A model generated the notes under the pieces. It was not told the DNA's origin. It did not search any database and saw nothing but the letters and a program-made list of their open reading frames with translations. The translations under genes and the position numbers were made by a program. Positions 56,170-64,000 of a DNA stretch of 64,000 bases are shown here, one piece after another. Source of the stretch: Candidatus Microgenomates bacterium (GTDB taxonomy: Bacteria > Patescibacteriota > Microgenomatia > UBA8517 > JACQJR01). The stretch is taken from NCBI GenBank assembly GCA_016204995.1, contig JACQJR010000001.1, positions 28,548-92,547 of the forward strand, read 5' to 3'. Numbering within the stretch: the stretch's first letter is position 1; every line of letters starts with the position of its first letter.

Positions 56170-56895
56170 TCAAGAGGCAATTGGGTAAGCTACTAAAATT
56201 AAATTTTTCCAGCTGGTGCCCGGTGGCCAGCAAGTTTGCAATAGTAATCTCTTTGCACCAAGACTGGCTTGAGTCAACCAGGAAGTATCTTTTGACTCCA
56301 CAATATGTTTTTCCATAATTTGATATTTATATAATTTATCCTGGTAAAAAACATAAACTATATCATGATCATCAACATTAATAGAATTTAAAGCGTAGAA
56401 AACCGCATTATAATGAGCAATATCCCAAGGGGCACTGGCCGAATGGGCAAATAAATAAGTACCGCCATCACTATCGGGCACACTTGACCCTGCTGCTTGC
56501 GCTACTCCCATTTTCAAAGCTTCCTGGTAAGTAGCAGGAACGGATGCATTCACATCACGGATAATCGGGGCTTTGGCATTAATTTTAGGAATATAAATGT
56601 AAAAGGCCGTATTGGTGATATTCCATTGCTGGGCCATATTACGAGCAAATTCTTTTTCATCATCAACGGGTGTGTTAGTAATCTCCGCCGCCGAAGTTTT
56701 AGTAAATAAATTAGAAAGGCGAAAATTTATTTCCGCCGACACAATCGGATAAATTAACATCAAGATACTGGCGAGGCCGGCCACCATCAAACCTATGCCT
56801 AATTTACGGACCCAAGTAGGCGCGGGAATAGTAATAACGATTTCGCCGTGGAGGGGTGAGACCTGGTAATCGTAAATTACGCCACTTATGGTCAT
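56170..56895 (-). CDS. Sortase-family transpeptidase (putative)
   Basis: There is an N-terminal TM anchor, a conserved His context (GGTYLFAHS) and the catalytic Cys motif LLLQTCWPP (TLxTC-like). It lies adjacent to the LPPTG protein. The canonical downstream Arg is not obvious. Confidence 0.55.
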   Translation of the reverse strand: MTISGVIYDYQVSPLHGEIVITIPAPTWVRKLGIGLMVAGLASILMLIYPIVSAEINFRLSNLFTKTSAAEITNTPVDDEKEFARNMAQQWNITNTAFYIYIPKINAKAPIIRDVNASVPATYQEALKMGVAQAAGSSVPDSDGGTYLFAHSASAPWDIAHYNAVFYALNSINVDDHDIVYVFYQDKLYKYQIMEKHIVESKDTSWLTQASLGAKRLLLQTCWPPGTSWKNLILVAYPIAS

Positions 56896-56899
56896 AACG

Positions 56900-58042
56900 T
56901 TACCTCTGTCTCAAAAAAGCGGGAATATCAAAACGTTCGCCAAATTCATCGTCTGTTGGAGTGGAGGAATTTTTTTCTTCTAAAGGACCTGCCTGCGCAG
57001 ACAGGCTCTCGGTTAATAATCCTTGAGGCTCTGCTGCCTTTGGCGTCGGCTGGGCCACTTGGGCCATTTTAGCCAGGCGCGAGCGTGTTTCATCAAAACC
57101 AGTTGCAATAACAGTAATTCTCACCTGATCGGAAAGTCGGGGATCAATCGTAGCCCCGAAAATAATGTTGGCATCGGCATCGCATTGTTCAGAGATAATC
57201 CGAGCCGCCTCTTCCACCTCGGCCATAGTTAAATCATTGCCGCCGGAAATATTAAATAATACCCCTTTAGCTCCATCAATTGACAAATCCAAAAGGGGAG
57301 AAGAAACAGAGGCCCGGGCGGCCATTTGGGCTCTGGCTTCACCGACGCCGGTTCCCACACCTAAAAGTGCTGACCCTGCTCCACTCATAATAGTCTTAAC
57401 ATCGGCAAAATCCACGTTAATTAAACCTGGCTGGGTGATAATTTCGGAAATGCCGCTGACGCCTTGCGACAAAACTGAATCTGCCATACGAAATGCATCC
57501 AATAAAGTTACTTTACGGTCAATGACATCCATTAACCTTTGGTTGGGAATAATTAAAAGTGTATCAACTTTGTCGCGCAAACCATCTATCCCTTCCTCGG
57601 CAATCACTCCCCGTCTTGCCCCTTCAAAAGCAAAAGGTTTTGTCACAATGGCAATGGTCAAAGCTCCCGCTTCCCGAGCTACTTCGGCCACCACTGCTGC
57701 TGCTCCAGTTCCAGTTCCTCCTCCCATCCCGGCGGTGATAAAAACCATATCAGAATCCAGCAGTAATTCTTTAATTTTTTCGCGAGATTCTTCCGCCGCT
57801 TGTTTACCCAACTCCGGATTTCCACCCACACCTAACCCGCGGGTTAATTTTTCGCCAATTTGCACTTTAGTGGGGGCTAAATTCGCCAGCAGTACTTGGG
57901 CATCAGTATTAACAGCGATGAATTCTACACCGGAAATTTTATCTTGGGAGATCATGGAGTTGACAGCATTCCCGCCGCCTCCGCCGACGCCGACTACGCG
58001 GATTTTGGCGAGTCTCGTAGTATCTGGTTTGACAAGTGCCAT
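56900..58042 (-). CDS. ftsZ: Cell division GTPase FtsZ
   Basis: The tubulin signature GGGTGTGAAAVVAE and the N-terminus RVVGVGGGGGNAVN are present. Confidence 0.95.
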   Translation of the reverse strand: MALVKPDTTRLAKIRVVGVGGGGGNAVNSMISQDKISGVEFIAVNTDAQVLLANLAPTKVQIGEKLTRGLGVGGNPELGKQAAEESREKIKELLLDSDMVFITAGMGGGTGTGAAAVVAEVAREAGALTIAIVTKPFAFEGARRGVIAEEGIDGLRDKVDTLLIIPNQRLMDVIDRKVTLLDAFRMADSVLSQGVSGISEIITQPGLINVDFADVKTIMSGAGSALLGVGTGVGEARAQMAARASVSSPLLDLSIDGAKGVLFNISGGNDLTMAEVEEAARIISEQCDADANIIFGATIDPRLSDQVRITVIATGFDETRSRLAKMAQVAQPTPKAAEPQGLLTESLSAQAGPLEEKNSSTPTDDEFGERFDIPAFLRQR

Positions 58043-58277
58043 ATTATTAAAAATTTCTAATTACTCTAATTAACCTAATTGATCTAAATAACACCCATTA
58101 GGATTTTGGAGTTTATTTAGAAATTAGGAATTAGAATAATTAGGTCAATTTCCCCAATGTTTAAGATTGGTCTATTGTGGATAAGTTTCGGTTAAATGTC
58201 AACCCCTTCAGCAAGTTCAGGCCTTCGGCTTTGAGGCTCAGGCTCGAAAAGGTTGATAGTGAGTTAAATCGAAGGGA

Positions 58278-59966
58278 CTAGGCAAGCAAGCCCTGGATAA
58301 TATCTTTTAATTCATCCAGCATATGGGGCGTTAGGTTATTACCGAATTCACGAACATAAAGCAGAAAAACAATATCATCTAAAGGAATTACCGGATATTC
58401 TTTACCTTCCTCTTTTTCCGGTGTGATATAACCTTTATCTTCCATCTCATCCATCAAATGTTCACTGACTCGGGGAACAAATAATCTAGTTAGGTTGGGC
58501 CTAGTAAGAGAATCCTTCACTCCTGCTTCCTTAACTCTACTAAGAATGATTTTTAGCTTATCACTCACTTCTGGATCTCTTTTTTCAATTTCGCTAATAC
58601 GTGGACGTGGTGCTGTCGTGATAAATGCTAATGGAGCTGATGTTTCTTCTGGAACAACCGGTTCTTTTGTTACCGATATTCTTAACGACCATTTAATAAT
58701 TCTTCCCTCTCTATTCTGATTTAATATTCTCTGACCCAACTTTTTCTCTAAATTAGAAATTACACTGGATGATTTAGACTTGTATCCAGCTTCACTCATT
58801 ACCCTTCCCAAACTGGAGTTATCAAACTCGTGATTGGCATGATCGCTTAAAAATTTGGCCAGTAAAAATTTATAGTCTGCCACTTTGACCACCGGCCCAT
58901 TATTTACAGTGATAGTTTTAGCCTCCTCATCTAAAACCAGTGAGTGGATTATTATCTCGCCACGAGAGACGACAACAGCTTCTCTACTTTTTCTAGGATG
59001 GGACTCACCGGTAGGTTTTGGTGAAATCGGAGCTGTTGGCTTTTGTTGCGTTACCCTTCTTCTAGCTAGTTCTGCTCTGGCCGCCTCAATCGCCTCCTGC
59101 CGAATGACTTGTCCACGCGTAGTCTCTCTACCATCTTTTCCGTCCACCTTTCCTTCTAAATATTTTTTGCTTTGGGCATTTAGAGAGATTTCAAACTCTT
59201 TTAATCTTGCTTGACGAGTGGCTGCTGCTTCTGCATCAAGAGGCCTGTTTATCTCATAATCAAACCAAATTTGATAAAGTTCCTTTTCTGCTTGCCTATT
59301 CTTAATAGGTTGAGGTTCTTGATCAATATAATAACCAGTTTCTTTGCCACAACCAACTTTAATAATTTCCAGCTCTTTAGGTAAAACTTTGCTATTAACA
59401 GCACTTCTTAAGGTGTTTAAATTAGCAATGGCGCGCGGGTTATCAGAACCATAAATTTTGGTAGCTAGCTCACTAGCCGGCGCTGAATTTCCCTGAAAAG
59501 TATCTTTGACCCCGTCTAGTAATTTTGGTGTAAACTTGCCGCCGGATTTAATAATTTGTCCGGCAATGACAAACTCCATTTGCTCTCCCCGAATTTTCCT
59601 AGCTGGCCGAGGCTCTGGCGCGACAGGAGGAGTTTCCACTGACCCCGATGTGATCAAGGCCGGCATTGTTTCTTCCACAGGTTTTGCCAAATACCCCTCT
59701 CTTTCCCATCTTTTAATTCTGGCCAAACGATGATTTTGATGCTGCTCGTTAAATCTGTCCAAACGGGCCCTGATTTGCCACACCGAAGCGGCAATTTTTC
59801 TGGCTAAACCCAATCTATCTTTATCTTCTACAGAAAGCTCATCCTCATTTGGCCAATCAGGAGTTAAGCTGTTAACCAGCTTGGTTCTTTTTTCTAAAAT
59901 TCTCTCCCAAATCACTATTTGTTCGGGTTTTGATCTTTCTACCATAAGACCCCTGTAATTTATCAC
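58278..59966 (-). CDS. Hypothetical 562-aa soluble, charged protein embedded between ftsA and ftsZ
   Basis: It is an uninterrupted ORF with coding-like composition. There are no TM segments and no recognisable motif. Confidence 0.4.
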   Translation of the reverse strand: MINYRGLMVERSKPEQIVIWERILEKRTKLVNSLTPDWPNEDELSVEDKDRLGLARKIAASVWQIRARLDRFNEQHQNHRLARIKRWEREGYLAKPVEETMPALITSGSVETPPVAPEPRPARKIRGEQMEFVIAGQIIKSGGKFTPKLLDGVKDTFQGNSAPASELATKIYGSDNPRAIANLNTLRSAVNSKVLPKELEIIKVGCGKETGYYIDQEPQPIKNRQAEKELYQIWFDYEINRPLDAEAAATRQARLKEFEISLNAQSKKYLEGKVDGKDGRETTRGQVIRQEAIEAARAELARRRVTQQKPTAPISPKPTGESHPRKSREAVVVSRGEIIIHSLVLDEEAKTITVNNGPVVKVADYKFLLAKFLSDHANHEFDNSSLGRVMSEAGYKSKSSSVISNLEKKLGQRILNQNREGRIIKWSLRISVTKEPVVPEETSAPLAFITTAPRPRISEIEKRDPEVSDKLKIILSRVKEAGVKDSLTRPNLTRLFVPRVSEHLMDEMEDKGYITPEKEEGKEYPVIPLDDIVFLLYVREFGNNLTPHMLDELKDIIQGLLA

Positions 59967-59995
59967 TTTTAAGGCTATTTGTCAAAAATTAGTGG

Positions 59996-61255
59996 TTAGG
60001 GAAGCAAGCCTTTAATGAGGTCTACTATTTTGCCGACGGCCCCTTTGACAGGAATCCCGCCCAAGGGTGACTTAAAGCCAAAGCCGCTGCTTTCCGGAAT
60101 ACTTGCGGCCGCCCAGATTAAACTGCCGACGGTGGCCGCGTAAGCCGGCGTTGACACATCATCAACTAGACCAGAAATGCCGGTAGGACTGCCAATTCTA
60201 ACCGGTAAGGCTAAAATTCGCTTGGCACTTTCGGCCGCACCCACAGTCTGCGCTCCCCCGCCCGTTAACACCACTCCGGCTGGCGTTCTTCCCCCAAAAC
60301 CCGAACTTTTCAGCTCCAGTCCAATCATAGTCCAAATTTCATTTAAGCGCGGTTTAATAATTCCTTCCACTAAAGTTTTTCGCGAAGCTGTTTTTTCTCC
60401 GTCACTCGCTCCTAAACTATTTAAATCAATTTCATCATCCTCTTTGTCAGATTTTTTACCCCCAGCCAAAGCTAATTTTATTTTTTCCGCTGCTTCTAGG
60501 GAAGTACGAAGACCAATCGCTAAGTCATTGGTGATATTTTTGGCCCCAATCGGCAGCACCCGCGAATGGACGAGCGACCCGCCGGAAAAGACTGCCAGCG
60601 ACGTAGTTCCTCCGCCAATATCAATTAATACTACCCCCAACTCCCGTTCGGTATCGGACAACACGGCCGAGGCCGCGGCCAGCCCGGAAAAAACTACTCC
60701 AGAAATATGGGCTCCCACTTCGCTAACACATTTGGTTAGATTTTTGATGGCGCCCGAGGCGGCTGTCACAATATGGGCTTCTACTTCCAGCCGCACTCCA
60801 TTCATGCCCACCGGATCTTTAATCTCTGCCTCACCATCCACCATAAATTGACAGGGTAAAACATGAATAATTTCCCGGGCCGCCGGTAGCGAAATAGCCC
60901 GGGCCGCCTCAATCACCCGCACTACATCCTCCTGGCTAATTTCGCCTTCGGGAGAAGACACCGCTACCACCCCATGGGAGTTTTGTCCCTGAATATGTCC
61001 GCCGTTAACTACGGTAAATAAATTATCAATCGCAAAGCCGGCCATTCTTTCGGCTTTTTCCACACAAGCGACTACCGACGCTGTCGCTTTTTCAATATCC
61101 ACAATCTGCCCTTTTCTCACCCCATCCACTGGCGTCGGCAGAGAAGCTACTCCCATAATTTGCAAAGTGCCGGATTCGGGGTTGGGTTGAGCAATGATAG
61201 TGGCAATTTTGGAAGAACCAATATCAATACTGGCGATAATTTTGCCGCGAGACAT
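59996..61255 (-). CDS. ftsA: Cell division protein FtsA (actin-like ATPase)
   Basis: IASIDIGSSKIATII and the internal DIGGGTT motif are present. It lies upstream of ftsZ. Confidence 0.9.
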   Translation of the reverse strand: MSRGKIIASIDIGSSKIATIIAQPNPESGTLQIMGVASLPTPVDGVRKGQIVDIEKATASVVACVEKAERMAGFAIDNLFTVVNGGHIQGQNSHGVVAVSSPEGEISQEDVVRVIEAARAISLPAAREIIHVLPCQFMVDGEAEIKDPVGMNGVRLEVEAHIVTAASGAIKNLTKCVSEVGAHISGVVFSGLAAASAVLSDTERELGVVLIDIGGGTTSLAVFSGGSLVHSRVLPIGAKNITNDLAIGLRTSLEAAEKIKLALAGGKKSDKEDDEIDLNSLGASDGEKTASRKTLVEGIIKPRLNEIWTMIGLELKSSGFGGRTPAGVVLTGGGAQTVGAAESAKRILALPVRIGSPTGISGLVDDVSTPAYAATVGSLIWAAASIPESSGFGFKSPLGGIPVKGAVGKIVDLIKGLLP

Positions 61256-61914
61256 TAAAAAGTAACTACCGGATTTTTGAATCGTAAATCAATTTTCACC
61301 GGTTGTTTGGAATCCATTGTAAATCGTTTCATCACAAGTTGTAAAGAGCCGACTAATAATTGGGAATCTTTGTCTGTGGTAGGTAAGATAATCTCTGCAC
61401 CGTCTAACTGAAAAGATAACCCGTTGCCATTAAGCCTAAAAATGGAAATTTTGTCTGTACCGAAAGAACGCGACAGTAAATCTACCAGTTGGATCAACCA
61501 AGAATTGAGCTGATCATTTTTTTCCACCATAATCTTGGGCAAAGAAGTTTGGTTTGCCTGTCCCACTATATTTCCACTGATATCCACCAGTAAAAATTTA
61601 CCCGCCTGCTGGCCCTCGTTTTGGATAGCCACTTTGGGCTTAGACATTTCTACCATGACGATCAATGTATCGGGAATTTTGCGCTTAACTTTAATATCTT
61701 TGATATTAGCGAGGTCCGACCTGATCCCTTTATTATCAGGCATAACGAGCAGCAATCTTTGACCGATAAATTTATTGAAATGCTGCTGCATATTCTCCGA
61801 ACACGGCCCATATTGCGATTTACATTCCACTTGCTTAACTTTTAATTGAGACAGAAAAAATATTACAAAAGAAACTAGTATTAGAAGAAAGATTAACCTA
61901 ATTGACTTAAACAT
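61255..61914 (-). CDS. ftsQ: Cell division protein FtsQ/DivIB-like (POTRA)
   Basis: The 219-aa product has a single N-terminal TM helix followed by POTRA-like beta-rich domains. Its position between murG and ftsA supports the call. Confidence 0.55.
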   Translation of the reverse strand: MFKSIRLIFLLILVSFVIFFLSQLKVKQVECKSQYGPCSENMQQHFNKFIGQRLLLVMPDNKGIRSDLANIKDIKVKRKIPDTLIVMVEMSKPKVAIQNEGQQAGKFLLVDISGNIVGQANQTSLPKIMVEKNDQLNSWLIQLVDLLSRSFGTDKISIFRLNGNGLSFQLDGAEIILPTTDKDSQLLVGSLQLVMKRFTMDSKQPVKIDLRFKNPVVTF

Positions 61915-61984
61915 TTTGAAAATTGAGGTATTGTGATTTGATTAGAAATTAGAAATTGAAAATTAGAAATTTCGCCAAAGGCGA

Positions 61985-63076
61985 TTATTCCATATATCTA
62001 TTAATTAAACTGACAATTTTTGCCGCTGCGTTTTTATGGATTAATTTTTTAGCCTCTTTTTTAACTTTATCGTCCGGCGGGTGAGCCAAAAAATCATTGA
62101 TAGTTTCCCATAATAATTTACCTGTTAATTCGTTTTGACTAATAATCCGCGCGAGGTTTATATCGGCCAGCATCTTGGCATTTTTTTCCTGCTCACCTCT
62201 TTCCGAATAAGGCAAGGGAATAAAAATTGCAGGTATTCCTATGGCAGCAATTTCAGTCACAGTGTTAGCGCCACTTCTGCCTATTACTAGAGAAGATTTA
62301 CCCAGAATTTCTGCTAACCTGTTGGGATCCACTACCGGAAAAATGTGATATTTTTCTTTTTGGTTTTCATCCAACCTTTTTTGTCTAACCTCAAGTTTCT
62401 CATAATCAGCATAGCCTGTTTGGTGAAAAACAGTAAATTTACCAATCAGCTTGGTTAAAATTTCGTTCACCGCGTAATTGATAGTTCGGGAACCCTGGCT
62501 GCCGCCAGTAATAAAAATCGCTGGCGGGTGAGTTAAATGCCGTTTCATTCTCAAAATACTGCGTCTAACCGGATTGCCGGTCACAATGGCTTTATGATGA
62601 GGAAAATCAATAAAACTGGATTGATAGGAAATAGCGATATGGTTGGCAAATTGGGCGCTCGTCCGATTAGCCAAACCCGAGGCGGCAGTTTGCTCATGTA
62701 AAATAATGGGAATACGCAGCAGCCAGCCCGCAAACACCATTGGTACAGAAATATAACCCCCAAAAGATAAAATTACCCGTGGTTTAATTTGCCAAAGCAG
62801 CCAAAAAGCTTGCACCATCCCCTTGGGCAAACGCAGTAAAGCCGGAATCGTCCATTTGGTAAATTTACGCTGCAAACGGGCAGTTTCCAAATTATAAAAG
62901 GGGATACCAAGTTGGGGAATAATTTCATACTCCAGCGAGGAAATTGTTTCTCCTTCCATGGCAAATTTTCTACCTACCCAAACAATTTCCCAGTCATAGT
63001 TTTTCTTTACCTCTTCAATCACGGCTAAGGCCGGCGTCACATGTCCCCCGGTAATTAATAATGTTCTTTTTTTCAT
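61985..63076 (-). CDS. murG: UDP-N-acetylglucosamine--N-acetylmuramyl-(pentapeptide) pyrophosphoryl-undecaprenol GlcNAc transferase
   Basis: The N-terminus LLITGGHVTPALAV is present, along with the C-terminal UDP-sugar binding region (GGSQGS...). Confidence 0.9.
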   Translation of the reverse strand: MKKRTLLITGGHVTPALAVIEEVKKNYDWEIVWVGRKFAMEGETISSLEYEIIPQLGIPFYNLETARLQRKFTKWTIPALLRLPKGMVQAFWLLWQIKPRVILSFGGYISVPMVFAGWLLRIPIILHEQTAASGLANRTSAQFANHIAISYQSSFIDFPHHKAIVTGNPVRRSILRMKRHLTHPPAIFITGGSQGSRTINYAVNEILTKLIGKFTVFHQTGYADYEKLEVRQKRLDENQKEKYHIFPVVDPNRLAEILGKSSLVIGRSGANTVTEIAAIGIPAIFIPLPYSERGEQEKNAKMLADINLARIISQNELTGKLLWETINDFLAHPPDDKVKKEAKKLIHKNAAAKIVSLINRYME

Positions 63077-64000
63077 CTTTTAGAAATATTAGCTACCATA
63101 CCTAGGGAAAATAAATTCATTACTAAAGCTGAACCGCCATAAGAAAAAAAGGGCAGTGGTATCCCTGTCAAAGGTAAAGTTGCTGTCATAGCTGCAATAT
63201 TGATAAATATCTGGCTACCCAACCAAACACCCACACCTCCTGCTACCATTTTAGCGTACTTTTCATCTACGCTTTTAGCAATCAAAAAAATTCGACTGAT
63301 CAGGCCGGCAAAAACCAAAATTAACGCTAGTGCCCCAATAAATCCTACTTCCTCTGCCATTACCGCAAAAATGGAATCTGTTGTCGCTTCCGGCAAAAAT
63401 AGAAATTTCTGTCGTGATTGACCCAACCCTACCCCCAATAGACCTCCGGAAGCAATGGCAATTAAGATTTGTTTAACATGATAAGAAGCCTGTAGGGGAT
63501 CAATGAGACTTTGTAAAAAAGACAAAAATCTTTCTTTGCGGTAGGAAGAAATCATAATTAAAATTAACCCTGATAATGCCGCGATGGGTAAAAGTCCGGC
63601 GAAAAAATAAAGAGGAATGCCAGCGAAAAATAACATGGAAAGAGCAGTTATAGCTACTACTACCGCCGTCCCTAAATCAGGCTCCAACAAAATCAGCGCA
63701 CAAACTAAAAATAATAAACCAAAAAAGAGCAAGTATTTTCTTCCCTCTTTAATTTGGCTTCCCGATAGCCAGCGCGCGCTATATAAAATAATGGCTAGTT
63801 TGGCCAATTCTGCCGGTTGAAAAGTAACGCCAGCTAGTTCAATCCACCGTCTCGCCCCCAAGGCATGACTACCGATTTGAGGAATTAATACCACGACCAA
63901 TAATCCCAAAGTAATAAAAAAAATGGGGGAGGCCAGAGCGCGCCAAAAAGTATAAGGAACTCGTGAACTAATTAAAAACCCTGTTATTCCTACTCCTACC
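63073..64000 (-). CDS. ftsW: SEDS-family lipid II flippase/polymerase FtsW. The gene is partial and continues beyond the window end.
   Basis: It has the conserved C-terminal SEDS block (SYGGSALVMNLFSLGMVANISKR). The reading frame stays open upstream of the track's TTG start, all the way to position 64000 (…VGVGITGFLISSRVPYTFWRALASPIFFITLGLLVVV…). Confidence 0.75.
   Translation of the reverse strand, partial: VGVGITGFLISSRVPYTFWRALASPIFFITLGLLVVVLIPQIGSHALGARRWIELAGVTFQPAELAKLAIILYSARWLSGSQIKEGRKYLLFFGLLFLVCALILLEPDLGTAVVVAITALSMLFFAGIPLYFFAGLLPIAALSGLILIMISSYRKERFLSFLQSLIDPLQASYHVKQILIAIASGGLLGVGLGQSRQKFLFLPEATTDSIFAVMAEEVGFIGALALILVFAGLISRIFLIAKSVDEKYAKMVAGGVGVWLGSQIFINIAAMTATLPLTGIPLPFFSYGGSALVMNLFSLGMVANISKR

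Noticed and set aside
58176-58184. Perfect DnaA-box 9-mer TGTGGATAA upstream of ftsZ
   Set aside because: It is a single isolated copy. A 9-mer is expected about once by chance in 64 kb of two-stranded sequence, and there is no cluster or adjacent AT-rich unwinding element typical of oriC.

Overview
This is an AT-rich bacterial chromosomal window (about 60% or more A+T by eye) that is densely coding, with most genes on the minus strand. Proteins are compact, TTG starts occur, and the window carries a PolX polymerase, a stand-alone four-helix-bundle (rRNA-IVS-type) protein, a sortase with an LPXTG substrate, and small GC-rich UUCG-loop hairpins in place of T-tract terminators. Together these suggest a Candidate Phyla Radiation / Patescibacteria-like genome, which is an inference. 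Recognisable housekeeping genes in order are: uvrA (partial, runs off the 5' end), uvrB, lexA, an NRAMP Mn/Fe transporter co-operonic with gpmI-eno-ppsA, phosphomannomutase with a cupin isomerase, holA-like, ruvC, YvcK-like, YraN, rplS, dnaE, gatCAB, PolX, tRNA-Asp, tRNA-Gly, cysS, tRNA-Thr, a Wzy-GT2-Wzx polysaccharide locus, tRNA-Val, lepB, parB, rplU-rpmA, rodA, ileS, a GT2 plus giant GT-C-like membrane protein glycosylation module, a Cys-rich secreted protein, an LPXTG protein with sortase, and the division cluster ftsZ / unknown 562-aa ORF / ftsA / ftsQ / murG / ftsW (partial, runs off the 3' end). No rRNA, CRISPR array, transposase or integrase was seen. Observations that the gene list does not explain: (1) a roughly 70-nt GC-rich structured repeat present twice in inverted orientation at convergent-gene junctions; (2) a roughly 20-bp GGCCCCGAAGGGGCC-type palindromic mini-element present at least four times, twice in-frame inside the 3' coding region of the 1027-aa membrane protein gene, which is RPE-like behaviour; (3) a 3x22-bp perfect tandem array of a CACCT...AGGTG palindrome; (4) a roughly 200-nt GC-rich structured intergenic block that is a candidate ncRNA; (5) an HTH-XRE protein followed by a 743-aa atypical, possibly inactive, kinase-like protein wedged between rodA and rplU; (6) an uncharacterised 562-aa ORF between ftsA and ftsZ; (7) a stand-alone degenerate GGDEF-like domain (NPDEF); and (8) heptanucleotide tandem repeats inside gatB. 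All calls rest on reading the translated ORFs and the sequence by eye. No database search or computation was run.
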